Shown: piece by piece, positions 38,736-48,263 of the stretch | Position numbering within the stretch: position 1 is the stretch's first letter | How the letters are laid out: each line of letters opens with the position of its first letter | Assembly: GCA_041665025.1 (NCBI GenBank) | Contig: JBAYJP010000003.1 | Coordinates: forward strand, 129,236 to 193,235 | Source of the DNA: Candidatus Magasanikiibacteriota bacterium | Lineage (GTDB): Bacteria; Patescibacteriota; Patescibacteriia; Magasanikbacterales; UBA922 | Direction: 5' to 3' | DNA length: 64,000 bases | The notes under the pieces: generated by a model | What the model saw: the letters and a program-made list of their open reading frames with translations, nothing else | What the model was told of the DNA's origin: nothing | The model's database searches: none | Position numbers and translations under genes: made by a program

Positions 38736-40544
38736 TTATTTAGAAAATTGTAGATTATAATAATGTTTATAAAAATGACTATTTTTTATTAATTCTTCAT
38801 GTGTTCCCTGTTCGACAATTCGTCCTTCATTCAAAACAAAAATTTTATCGGCATTTTTTATTGTTGACAAACGATGCGCTATTGCTATCACTGTCCTTTT
38901 TTTTGTTGCTTCCGCTAACGCTTCTTGAATAAGCTTTTCTGTTTCGTTGTCAAGTGAACTTGTCGCTTCATCAAGGATAAGGATGCTTGGATCATGGACG
39001 AGCGCACGAGCAATGGAAATTCTTTGGCGTTGCCCTCCTGACAATTTAACACCACGCTCCCCCAATATAGTATCATATGCTTGTGGTAGGCTCATGACAA
39101 AATCATGAATGCGCGCCACTTTCGCTGCTTGTATAACATGATCATCAGTGCTATCAAATTTACCATACTTAATGTTATTTTTTACTGTATCATTAAAAAT
39201 TGAAACATCCTGAGAAACATACCCTAAATTTCTTCGCCAAGCATGTAAATCCATTTTTTTTAAATCAATACCATCAATCATAATTGCGCCTTTTGTTGGT
39301 GTGAATAAACCACCCACTAGATTTACAATGGTCGTTTTTCCCACACCCGTTGGTCCAACAAACGCGACAAAGGTTTCTCTTTCAATAGAAAAATTTAAAT
39401 TTGAAAGAATAGGCGCTTCATCATAACTAAAAAATATATCCTTGAATTCTATACTTTTTTTTAAAAAATTGATAGCAATACTACCGTTTATTTCCTGGGA
39501 ATCGTAAGCACGTATAAATATTTTTTCATAGGCTTTGAATGCCTCTATGTGACTGTACATAGCCGCCACTAAACTAAGGAGATTATTTGTCTGGGTAAAA
39601 AATTGCAAAAAAACATATAGATACACCAAAGCCGATGCAAGATAAATAGATAAGTCTAGCTTAAGGACGAGAAGCATATAAATCAAAAAAGCAAAAATGA
39701 CCCCCGTCACTATTATTTCGGCCAACGGACGCAATATATTTGAATAAACCGAACCAAGAAAGTCAAATCTGGCAAGCTCACTACTCACGCGCTGAAAACG
39801 CTCTTTCTCGTACTCCTCAGTGCTAAAAATCTTCATAAGATTTACCATACTAAACATCTCTGTCATACGAAAGTACAGAGTCGAAACTTCTTCGGCAATG
39901 TGAAGACCCAGTTTTTTTATTCGAACAAATACAAATTTCAATAGAGGCAAAAGTATAATTGCAATCGAAGCCAAAATAAGAGTAAATTTCCACGAAATTA
40001 ACATGAGTATAACGGCATAAATCAAAAGGCGGATGATAACTAAAAAACTGCTAAAAAAAGAAAAAATAAATGAAGCAACATTATTAGTATACACAGAAAT
40101 GCTGCTAATGATATGTCCGGACCGCATATCAGAAAAAAATCTCAAATGAGCATCGACAATTTTATCAAACAAATCAATTTGTAAATCACGTTTTATAAAA
40201 TTAGTAATCTTGCTTACACTAATAAGATTCAGATAATTAAAAATATTTTTTAATACAATCATCAAAAAAAAGAAAATAATTAAAAAAATTATCACCGTGG
40301 CAAAACTTTGGTTCTGCAAAATAGTATATAATTGTTCCCGATACGGAATATCTAAATCTGTCCCTTTTTGAAAACTTAAAATTCCCTGAAACAAGGGGAT
40401 AACCGTGCCTATCCCAAAACTTTCAAATACTGAACTAAGCAACGCAAATAATATAATAAAAGAAGATAATTTTTTGTATCTTTTCAAATAAGAAAAAGTT
40501 TTTTTAAAATATTTAATTTTATCTTGCGACAAAAGTTGTGTCAT
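38736..40544 (-). CDS. fused TMD-NBD ABC exporter (MsbA/PglK-like, candidate lipid-linked glycan flippase)
   Basis: Six N-terminal TM helices; Walker A GPTGVGKTT, signature LSGGQRQRISIARAL, Walker B ILILDEATSSLD. Confidence 0.85.
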   Translation of the reverse strand: MTQLLSQDKIKYFKKTFSYLKRYKKLSSFIILFALLSSVFESFGIGTVIPLFQGILSFQKGTDLDIPYREQLYTILQNQSFATVIIFLIIFFFLMIVLKNIFNYLNLISVSKITNFIKRDLQIDLFDKIVDAHLRFFSDMRSGHIISSISVYTNNVASFIFSFFSSFLVIIRLLIYAVILMLISWKFTLILASIAIILLPLLKFVFVRIKKLGLHIAEEVSTLYFRMTEMFSMVNLMKIFSTEEYEKERFQRVSSELARFDFLGSVYSNILRPLAEIIVTGVIFAFLIYMLLVLKLDLSIYLASALVYLYVFLQFFTQTNNLLSLVAAMYSHIEAFKAYEKIFIRAYDSQEINGSIAINFLKKSIEFKDIFFSYDEAPILSNLNFSIERETFVAFVGPTGVGKTTIVNLVGGLFTPTKGAIMIDGIDLKKMDLHAWRRNLGYVSQDVSIFNDTVKNNIKYGKFDSTDDHVIQAAKVARIHDFVMSLPQAYDTILGERGVKLSGGQRQRISIARALVHDPSILILDEATSSLDNETEKLIQEALAEATKKRTVIAIAHRLSTIKNADKIFVLNEGRIVEQGTHEELIKNSHFYKHYYNLQFSK

Positions 40545-40557
40545 AGAAAAAAACTTC

Positions 40558-41163
40558 TTATCCTTTATAGCCTTTCATCATACCCTCAACCTTTTCCACA
40601 TCTTCTGCTGTATGAATGTCATAATCATCAGTAATATACACCCCGCAATTGGTACTCAATTCTTGTTGAAAAACTGCTTCCCTAGTCAATATACGAAATG
40701 CCGCATTTTGGTTTAAATTTTTGTCTACTGAAAAAATTTCTTGTTTTTTATAAATAATTAATTTTTCAATAGCATTATCGAGGTTCTTTGTCCTAATCAA
40801 AGGGGAATTAGGTTGAACCACGACGACAATATCGGGTTTTTTTTCTTCTAGGTCATCGGTAATAGTCTGTACAGCATGCCTAATCGGTACCATCTTAAAT
40901 ACATGATCTTGCGCCAGTTCATCCGGGCGTACAATTGACTTGGCACCAAACTCAACAGCCACATTCAAAATTTTTTTATCCTCACTCGTTACAAAGACTT
41001 CTTTGATGTATCTAGATTTTGAACATGCTTCAATAACCCACCCAAGCATTGGCTTGCCACATACAGGGTAAATATTTTTATGCTCCAAACGCTTGGAACC
41101 ACCTCGAGCTGGTATCACAGCAATAATGTGAAATTTTGGTTCCTGCATAGTATCAATATTCAT
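40558..41163 (-). CDS. CMP-nonulosonic acid / acylneuraminate cytidylyltransferase family protein
   Basis: IIAVIPARGGSKRLEHKNI N-terminal motif of the CTP_transf_3 family. Confidence 0.7.
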   Translation of the reverse strand: MNIDTMQEPKFHIIAVIPARGGSKRLEHKNIYPVCGKPMLGWVIEACSKSRYIKEVFVTSEDKKILNVAVEFGAKSIVRPDELAQDHVFKMVPIRHAVQTITDDLEEKKPDIVVVVQPNSPLIRTKNLDNAIEKLIIYKKQEIFSVDKNLNQNAAFRILTREAVFQQELSTNCGVYITDDYDIHTAEDVEKVEGMMKGYKG

Positions 41164-41771
41164 TGCAATAAAAATGAATTAACCATTTTTTCCGCTTCCA
41201 ATTCTAGATCACTTGATGCATATACATACACATGATATCCAGTCTTTTCTAGAAAAAAAGGCATGTAATACTCTATATAACTATCTACCGTACCCGATGC
41301 AGATGCATAATCGCTAACAGTTTTCAAAACATCCCTATCATCAACTCGAATTTTTTTAAATGAAAAATTTTGTGCCGTCGAAGTTGGAAAAGTTTCCATT
41401 TTTAATGCGGTTGCCGATTCTTGAAAATTAATACAATCCCAACATATCACATTACCCGTATCAAATTGGGAAAAACGATTAGAAATGGAAGAAAAAAAGA
41501 TGCCGATCCACTGTTGGGATATATCGTTAAAAACAATCTTAATAATTGCGCTGTCATCTCTTTCATTTACCTGTGCGGATCCCCACTGCTGATCATAACA
41601 AAAAGAAGAATTTAAATCATCAACCTTATACTCCTGCCAGCCTCTACCGTATTGCAAACACCTGTTATTGTTTAAAAATAATCTTCCGTCTTTTTGAGAA
41701 TATAGATAAATAAATAAGACTGTGACAAAAAATAAAGCTATTAACAAAAATAATGATTTAGTGTATTTCAT
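41160..41771 (-). CDS. hypothetical protein with N-terminal signal/anchor
   Basis: MKYTKSLFLLIALFFVTVLFIYL then a soluble domain; no recognisable motif. Confidence 0.4.
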   Translation of the reverse strand: MKYTKSLFLLIALFFVTVLFIYLYSQKDGRLFLNNNRCLQYGRGWQEYKVDDLNSSFCYDQQWGSAQVNERDDSAIIKIVFNDISQQWIGIFFSSISNRFSQFDTGNVICWDCINFQESATALKMETFPTSTAQNFSFKKIRVDDRDVLKTVSDYASASGTVDSYIEYYMPFFLEKTGYHVYVYASSDLELEAEKMVNSFLLQ

Positions 41772-41776
41772 ATTCT

Positions 41777-42439
41777 CTATTCGTCTTTATCCAGATACAT
41801 TTCTTTAATTTTTATATCAAAAACTTGCAGTTCATCCACTAATGTCGTTTTATTTTTACCATGAATACGATATCGATACAAAGGAATTTTGAGATTATCT
41901 ACACGATATTTTTCTCCAAGACGCGCACGCAACTCCTTTTCTTCGCAATGTCTAAAATCACTATTGTACAATCCAGCTTCGACAAGCATATCTCTACGAT
42001 ACATAATACCGCAAGAAATATTTTCTGTATTCGCATAATAACGTTCAATCACATTTTCATCATTATCTACTTTTATATAATCACACGCGACGCCCAATAA
42101 TCCATTATTTGCTTCCAAATACTCTACCAGAAATAATATAAACAATGAACTTACATAATCATCTGCATCTACTCTAACAACAAACTGCCCATACGCTTCA
42201 CGAATTCCAATATTACTGCTCTCAGCAACACCAACATTTTTTTTATTTTGAACCATCCTCAAATTAGAATATTTTTGCATGTAACGCTTTACAATTTCAG
42301 AGGTGTTATCTGTTGACGCGTCATCAACAACAATGACTTCGTACTTACTAGAATCAAAATTCTGATTTAATAAACTACGCAAACATCGTTCAATGTATAC
42401 GCCATAATTATAAGAGGTGACGATAATACTGACTTGCAT
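41777..42439 (-). CDS. GT2 glycosyltransferase
   Basis: VSIIVTSYNYGVYIERCLRSLLNQ...VIVVDDASTDNT. Confidence 0.75.
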   Translation of the reverse strand: MQVSIIVTSYNYGVYIERCLRSLLNQNFDSSKYEVIVVDDASTDNTSEIVKRYMQKYSNLRMVQNKKNVGVAESSNIGIREAYGQFVVRVDADDYVSSLFILFLVEYLEANNGLLGVACDYIKVDNDENVIERYYANTENISCGIMYRRDMLVEAGLYNSDFRHCEEKELRARLGEKYRVDNLKIPLYRYRIHGKNKTTLVDELQVFDIKIKEMYLDKDE

Positions 42440-42440
42440 A

Positions 42441-43175
42441 TTATGTTAAACTATCAAATTGGTATAATTTTTTATGTCTTAATATATCAATGCTTCTGGC
42501 ATAACCTTGCAATTCCTGGAGTTCTCCCATATCCATGGAGCATAGATGTGCTTTTTCTTTAGTTTTCTGCCAGCTATGACAAACCGTAAAATGTTTTTCA
42601 ATTATTTTCGCACCGCGAGACAAAGCGTACACGCAAGCCGCGAGCCCGGCAGTATGATCACTATAGCCATCGATCCAAGAGCTACCAAAATCTGGCATCT
42701 CCACCTGTTCAAGCATGGTTGGATAGCTGGGCACGGTATACAAGTATTTTACATTTGGGGCATCATATGGCTTCCCTTGTTTAACTTGCTCCGCATTTAA
42801 ACTCAAGATCGCTTCTTTGCCCGTTTTAATTACTTTTTCAAATAATCCTGGCTCTTCAACCATAGCTCGAGATACTTTGATTTTCGGCAAATCCAATTCC
42901 AGACACCACCTCAATCTTTCACTATCAAAAACTGCGGCAAAAAATTCAATATTAATTTTATCTGCATACTCCTTCAATTTTTTAAAATCTTCAAATGTAA
43001 TGCTCAAATAATCTCCTGGACCATCGTGATTCAAACTGCTTTTATCAAAGTCTGGACTATATAGTTGAAACTTGACGGCATTAGCTCCTCCAATTTTAGA
43101 TTGGAGCATCATTTGTTCGGCTACTTCAATACTCCCGCCAAATTGTCCACCAATTTCGGAAATAATATATGCCAT
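42441..43175 (-). CDS. NeuB-like nonulosonic acid synthase TIM-barrel domain (short; lacks C-terminal SAF domain)
   Basis: MAYIISEIGGQFGGSIEVAEQMMLQSKIGGANAVKFQLY matches the NeuB/PseI N-terminal consensus. 244 aa, versus about 340 for full-length enzymes. Confidence 0.55.
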   Translation of the reverse strand: MAYIISEIGGQFGGSIEVAEQMMLQSKIGGANAVKFQLYSPDFDKSSLNHDGPGDYLSITFEDFKKLKEYADKINIEFFAAVFDSERLRWCLELDLPKIKVSRAMVEEPGLFEKVIKTGKEAILSLNAEQVKQGKPYDAPNVKYLYTVPSYPTMLEQVEMPDFGSSWIDGYSDHTAGLAACVYALSRGAKIIEKHFTVCHSWQKTKEKAHLCSMDMGELQELQGYARSIDILRHKKLYQFDSLT

Positions 43176-43185
43176 ATATCAAAAT

Positions 43186-43524
43186 TTATGTATTAATTTC
43201 TGCTAAACGTTTTTGAAACGCAGGCGTATGCAAGAGCATACGCGGTTTGCCTTCATGTGCAGGCGACGTTGAAAGTTTGAGAATGATACTATCAGGAATT
43301 TTGGGTACTAGTATTTCTGCCTCTTCTGGCGTACAAGTGCGTGACTGTACCCAAATCTCATGCTGAATTTCTTCCAAAAGGGCATCAGCTTTTGTTTTTA
43401 GTTCCTCAATACCCTGTTCAGAGCCAAGAGAATCCAACTCTTCTCTCAATCGAGAAACATCTGTGTAAAGCATAGAATCAGCAGGTTTGGTTAATTCTGT
43501 CTGAATTTCGTCTATTCTGCTCAT
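43186..43524 (-). CDS. hypothetical protein
   Basis: 112-aa acidic, coiled-coil-like ORF with host-like composition. Confidence 0.4.
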   Translation of the reverse strand: MSRIDEIQTELTKPADSMLYTDVSRLREELDSLGSEQGIEELKTKADALLEEIQHEIWVQSRTCTPEEAEILVPKIPDSIILKLSTSPAHEGKPRMLLHTPAFQKRLAEINT

Positions 43525-43612
43525 ATTTTGCTAAATTTAGATAATAAAATACACAAGATAGTGTACTAAATACCTAGAAAAAAGTCAATAAATTCACCGT
43601 TCTTCTCAAACA

Positions 43613-43644
43613 TTGACAACTCTCTCTCTTTGCTATGCTAATCT
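43613..43644 (+). promoter_or_regulatory. putative promoter (TTGACA ... TATGCT / TGcTAATCT) in AT-rich DNA just before the G+C-rich pentapeptide-repeat gene
   Basis: -35 hexamer perfect. The -10 is ambiguous (15-nt or 20-nt spacer). Confidence 0.3.
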
Positions 43645-43688
43645 GTCGCATTTTCGCGACCCTAGCTGCATGTATGGAGGACGACGTC

Positions 43689-44318
43689 ATGCGCTGGATC
43701 TGGATGAAGTGGCTCGAGGACCTGCTCATCGCCACCCACTGCAACCGGAAGTTCCCGGAAGCCCCGATCGCCATGACGCTCGAGCGCGTGCTCGAGCTGT
43801 ACAGCGAAGGGCACAGGGTCTTCGCCCGGTGCGTGATCGGTGGAATGATGCGCGGAGCCAACCTGACCGGCACCAACCTGGAGGACGCCTGCATGACGGG
43901 CGTCCAGATGGAGGACACGAACTTCGAGGAAGCCGTGCTCTTCAGGGCCAACGTCCGCAAGGGCACGCTCAACGGCGGCAACTTCTCGGGCGCCAAGCTC
44001 ATGGGCGCCAACCTATGGGCGGCCGGCTTGTACCACTGCGAGGTCGGCGGCGCCAACTTCTCGGGCGCCAACCTCACCTCGGCGGGCTGCGGGAAGTGGA
44101 CGGTGAACGGCCGTCTGCTGGCCGAGGCCGTCCGAGACCTGGACGAGGGCCTGCCGGACATGAGCAACGTGCAGGTCGACCCCCAGACGCTCCGACAGAG
44201 CGGCTGGGATGTCGAGATCTGCCGCTGGCTCATCCAGTCCGGCGCGCAGTTCCTGGTCTCCCCGGACTACCCGCCGGACATCGTGGATCTGCTCGCGGCC
44301 CGTCTCCGCGGCGAGTAG
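43689..44318 (+). CDS. pentapeptide-repeat protein, G+C-rich coding sequence, SD GGAGGA
   Basis: Tandem A(N/D)LxG-type pentapeptides (GANLTGTNLEDACMTG...GGNFSGAKLMGANLWAAG...GGANFSGANLTSAG). GGAGG sits 8 nt before the ATG at 43689. The track start at 43635 lies in the AT-rich promoter DNA. Confidence 0.65.
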   Translation: MRWIWMKWLEDLLIATHCNRKFPEAPIAMTLERVLELYSEGHRVFARCVIGGMMRGANLTGTNLEDACMTGVQMEDTNFEEAVLFRANVRKGTLNGGNFSGAKLMGANLWAAGLYHCEVGGANFSGANLTSAGCGKWTVNGRLLAEAVRDLDEGLPDMSNVQVDPQTLRQSGWDVEICRWLIQSGAQFLVSPDYPPDIVDLLAARLRGE

Positions 44319-44432
44319 GACGTCGCCCGCCTCCCGAGCCGCTCTTTCCGCTCCTTCGGCTACCAATCGCGGGCCTAGCCAACCCGACTTCCACAGTGAA
44401 GATAACTAGTTTATCTCAACTGTAGAAACAAA

Positions 44433-44462
44433 AACACTCCCGACTAAAGGGAGTGTTTTGAT
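44433..44462 (+). terminator. rho-independent terminator (aacactccc gactaaa gggagtgttttgatttt)
   Basis: 8-bp GC-rich stem plus a T-run, at the end of the G+C-rich island. Confidence 0.65.
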
Positions 44463-44475
44463 TTTATTCTTCTTT

Positions 44476-47055
44476 TTACAAACTATTCAATACTGCTCGT
44501 GTTTTTGGACCTACGTACCCGGTTACCGGAGTAATGCCTTTTGCTTTTTGGAAGCTCTTTACCGCCTCACGAGTGATAGCTGCAAATTTACCCGTAATAG
44601 TTGGATAGGTAAAGTATCCTAATTCCTTCAATACTTTCTGTAATTCTTTTACATCATTGTTCGTTACACCTGCTCCAAAATTCTTCAGGAATTGATAGTG
44701 AGAAGTAACTACTTGAGGAACAGAAGACTCAGCACTCGGAGTTTTGGAAGTCATTACTCCCAAAGCATCATCAGTAAGTCCATCTAATGCAGCTTTCTCT
44801 GTGATCACAACATCACCCCATGTACTAAAATACGTAAAATATGTTTGTGGACTAGTAAATACGCGCTTGGTACAATTCTCAGTAATATAATAGACACCAG
44901 ATGCCCCACTATGCTTATAGGGCTTGCCACTTTGTAGGGCACAAGAGGTGGCACTCGGAGTTTGATTGTTGGTTGGAGTTGGAGTTGGTGTAGTTGTGTC
45001 GCTAGATACAGCAAGATTGATTGTATCTGAAACTACTTTAGTAATTCCTTGAGATGTTTTGAATTTTGCGTATACGGTCTTCAGTCCATTGCCTTCGGAT
45101 AAGTCAAATGTCATGGTTGTCGCATATGATTTGTATTGTGGAGTAGTGAAGTCATTCTTTTCTGATAGAGCAACCTGACTGACGTTTGCGGAATTGAAAT
45201 ACAAGGCAACGGTACGATTGGTAGTGGTTGACATTCCTTGATTTATCGAAAACTCCAGATCACTCACTGCGAGTATGGTCAAACTCACGCTGTTATTTTG
45301 GATTTTATCCACACGAACAAACAAATCGCTCTTGCCATCTTTATTGGTGTCAACCAATTGTTCCTCACCTTGTTTGAGGGTAACTGTGACAGGATCTGAT
45401 TTTATAGTAATCACTACTTCACCTTGTTCATTTGGTGTATTGACACTCACTGTGTGTGACGCATTTCCCACCAAGACAACCACTGGTATATTGGGAGTTA
45501 ATGTCTTCTGGGCAGTAGTTGGTGCAGCAGTTACCGGAGCTGTTGGCGTCGGAGATCCAGTACCACTACCACTTGTTCCCGGTGTACTACCCCAAAATTC
45601 AATACTGCTTGCACTCGTGTCAGATCCATCTTTTGAATCAGTAAATGCAAGACTCAAACTTCCATTACCATTAATTTGAAAATTTCCATCATTATTGCTT
45701 TTTGCACTCGCGAGCACAAAAGGCAATGCTGAGCTAATAAATATTCCTGTATCATTACCAGTCTCTGTAAGAGTTATAGTTTCAGAATCGCCAAACCCTG
45801 TTGCGGTTACTACAGTTCCGGTAATGGTATTTAATGCAGAGGCGTTCAGATTGCCATCGTCATCTCGTACGGTGATATAGACTGAACCTCCATTAGAGCT
45901 ATAACTACCTACTTGCACAGCCGTGCTATTCGTAAATAAAGCAGAAGTAAGGGGATGATTAATAGCACCTGTTTCAGTAATGGTTCCGTCATTATTGAAA
46001 GTTCCTGGAGCATACAATAGTTGACCGCTTCCAACTGTAAATGTTCCTGCATTGACAAATGAATTTGTTGATGTAGTAGTTGCACCAAGTGTATTTGTAC
46101 CCGCTCCCAAATACAAATTCCAATAAGTCTGACCAGCAGCAACAACACTTCCACCAGCTAAGTAACGCACTGTGGAACTACCTGCAGTAAATGTTCCGTC
46201 GGATACTAATGGTGTACCAGACCTCGTGAATACAATAGCCATGGTTGAAGCATTCAATGACCTGCTTGCAGGAATAGTCAACACATTGGTTGAAGTTACA
46301 TTACCAACCAATGTACCTGCTGTACTTATACTTAGATTATAGTAAGTGGATGTAGGAACATTTGCACTTGTACCTGCGAAGTTAATCGTAGAAGTACTTG
46401 CCGTAAACGTACCATTTACTACAAATGGACTCCCGGTCGCTTTCGTCAAATCAATCCTATAGGTTGATGCGTCCAAACTCTTAGTTGAATTGATCGTCAA
46501 TTGATTAGTTGTTGTAACATTACCAGTTAATGTAACTGCTCCCCCCACAAGAAAATTATATAGGGTAATACTACCTGCACCACCAAAATTTGCGGTACCA
46601 GTCATTCCCACTGTTTCCACATTTCCTGTAAAGGTTGCCCCTGAACCCACATGAAAGGCTCCACCAATATCTAAATAGGCGCTACTACTCACTATACCTG
46701 CACCAAGTAATGTAAAGCTGCCCGTACTAGATACAATAGGCGCTGTGATAGAAATTGTGGCTGTATAATCAGCAGTGGTAGTGACTGAAGCAACAGAAGA
46801 AACACCTGCATCCCACGTAGCATATGTATTTGTCGTACTGTCAAAGATAAGAGCATCTCCAGCTGACAAAGTACAGCCCGTCCAATTGGTTGCCTCACTC
46901 ACAAGATGATTAGTGGTAGCATCCCACACACAATCTTCGGCATTTGCTTGGACAACACCTAAACCAAATACGCCAACTAGAATGAATAAAAAAAATGCTA
47001 CCAAGAATGTTCCTCTTTGTAGCAAACTAGTCATTTTGGACAAAGACTGATTCAT
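44476..47055 (-). CDS. large secreted Thr/Ser-rich repeat protein with C-terminal peptidoglycan-binding (PG_binding_1) domain
   Basis: Signal/anchor MNQSLSKMTSLLQRGTFLVAFFLFILVGVF; about 50-aa internal repeats (T..LTI..S.SLDAST...GTFTA.SST); C-terminal DVKELQKVLKELGYF...GKFAAITREAVKSFQKAKGITPVTGYVGPKTRAVL. Confidence 0.7.
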   Translation of the reverse strand: MNQSLSKMTSLLQRGTFLVAFFLFILVGVFGLGVVQANAEDCVWDATTNHLVSEATNWTGCTLSAGDALIFDSTTNTYATWDAGVSSVASVTTTADYTATISITAPIVSSTGSFTLLGAGIVSSSAYLDIGGAFHVGSGATFTGNVETVGMTGTANFGGAGSITLYNFLVGGAVTLTGNVTTTNQLTINSTKSLDASTYRIDLTKATGSPFVVNGTFTASTSTINFAGTSANVPTSTYYNLSISTAGTLVGNVTSTNVLTIPASRSLNASTMAIVFTRSGTPLVSDGTFTAGSSTVRYLAGGSVVAAGQTYWNLYLGAGTNTLGATTTSTNSFVNAGTFTVGSGQLLYAPGTFNNDGTITETGAINHPLTSALFTNSTAVQVGSYSSNGGSVYITVRDDDGNLNASALNTITGTVVTATGFGDSETITLTETGNDTGIFISSALPFVLASAKSNNDGNFQINGNGSLSLAFTDSKDGSDTSASSIEFWGSTPGTSGSGTGSPTPTAPVTAAPTTAQKTLTPNIPVVVLVGNASHTVSVNTPNEQGEVVITIKSDPVTVTLKQGEEQLVDTNKDGKSDLFVRVDKIQNNSVSLTILAVSDLEFSINQGMSTTTNRTVALYFNSANVSQVALSEKNDFTTPQYKSYATTMTFDLSEGNGLKTVYAKFKTSQGITKVVSDTINLAVSSDTTTPTPTPTNNQTPSATSCALQSGKPYKHSGASGVYYITENCTKRVFTSPQTYFTYFSTWGDVVITEKAALDGLTDDALGVMTSKTPSAESSVPQVVTSHYQFLKNFGAGVTNNDVKELQKVLKELGYFTYPTITGKFAAITREAVKSFQKAKGITPVTGYVGPKTRAVLNSL

Positions 47056-47176
47056 ATTGAAACAGTATTAGATAAATTAAAATAGTACTTAATATGTATT
47101 TTGTAGACTTCGCTAGTATAACATAAAATTGTACAAAAGTTAACTTAGGAAATGAGTCTGTGGATAACTGTTTTTA

Positions 47177-48238
47177 CTAGACCTCTTGGCTCAACCATTC
47201 TACTACTCTCTCAGACGCACCTCCCGGTCTTGTCACTAGCTCTGTCTGTATTTTTTTGTAGTTAATCTTTTTACTAAAAAAATTCATAAATTTTGGCAAT
47301 TTTTTAAAAATTCCAAAAAAATTATAGCCCTTCAGGGGTATATCCAAACAAAAATCTGAGTTCCATAACGCCTTTAGGGGTTTAAAAAGACCATCTTTTT
47401 CTTCCCTGTCTCTATATGATTTTATAGAAAAATTAACCATAGACCTACTACACATCAAAACCTCTTCGACAGCAGTAGTGTCAAAACCTATCACGCCGTC
47501 GCTTGCATACACCAATTCATATGAGATAAAAGGGTAAAAAGATATATCATTCAAAAAATATTTATTAGCTAAAAAGTGATACACGAATTTAGCACATTTT
47601 GGATACTTACCCTTGATAACTACCTCGTATCCGCTTCGCTTGACTTCCTGGGCTACCCTATACACCATGTACCAATTCAATTGGTTATTATTTGGTGCAA
47701 AAATCAAAATAAATTTTTTTGGTAAGTCATATTTTCTTTGTATTTCTTCTTTTGAGAAATTAACAATTCCATCAAATCTTGGCAGTCCAAGAGCTAAATA
47801 ATCTTTTTTATCCCACCCAAAATATTCACCATATTTTTCATAGCCCACAAAAGTCTTGTCGAGTATCCCGAGCTCTACCCCCTTTGTATGCCAGTTATTT
47901 ACATTATGCACAAAGTTGTAAATTTTGTATGTCCTGTTTTTAAAAAATTCAGGTGCATGTAATAAGGGTTGCAATTCCACAGTCAGAATCGCACTGACAT
48001 CATTATCTTCTATCTGTTTTGCCAATTCTTTATTATCCTTATACCAAAGCAGTCTATCGTATGGAAACTTTTTGATATGCTGCGGATGCAAGCATGGGTT
48101 GATATCTGGTTTGATAGATGGGTCTGCATTGACAAAAAAATAAACTAAAAAATTATTTTTCTTCAATTCATTAATTAGAGACCCAAAAGAAGTTAGAACC
48201 TGATTAGTATGAATAAGCATCCCAATTCTTTTTTTCAT
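47177..48238 (-). CDS. hypothetical polysaccharide-biosynthesis protein (possible GT-B-like transferase)
   Basis: 353 aa with no diagnostic motif I can name; located inside the glycan cluster. Confidence 0.3.
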   Translation of the reverse strand: MKKRIGMLIHTNQVLTSFGSLINELKKNNFLVYFFVNADPSIKPDINPCLHPQHIKKFPYDRLLWYKDNKELAKQIEDNDVSAILTVELQPLLHAPEFFKNRTYKIYNFVHNVNNWHTKGVELGILDKTFVGYEKYGEYFGWDKKDYLALGLPRFDGIVNFSKEEIQRKYDLPKKFILIFAPNNNQLNWYMVYRVAQEVKRSGYEVVIKGKYPKCAKFVYHFLANKYFLNDISFYPFISYELVYASDGVIGFDTTAVEEVLMCSRSMVNFSIKSYRDREEKDGLFKPLKALWNSDFCLDIPLKGYNFFGIFKKLPKFMNFFSKKINYKKIQTELVTRPGGASERVVEWLSQEV

Positions 48239-48263
48239 AATAAGAATCCTAAAAAATAGTTAT

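Noticed and set aside
43574-44425. Long ORFs 43574..44233(-), 43613..44425(+) and 44013..44366(-)
   Set aside because: These are overlapping, Arg/Pro/Ala-rich translations of G+C-rich DNA in alternative frames or antisense to the pentapeptide-repeat gene. They have no SD and no domain-like pattern.
7402-47168. Replication origin, suggested by perfect DnaA boxes (TTATCCACA at 7402, TGTGGATAA at 9468 and 47160)
   Set aside because: The boxes are tens of kb apart, not clustered, and there is no dnaA/dnaN and no AT-rich DUE arrangement. They are probably isolated regulatory or chance sites.
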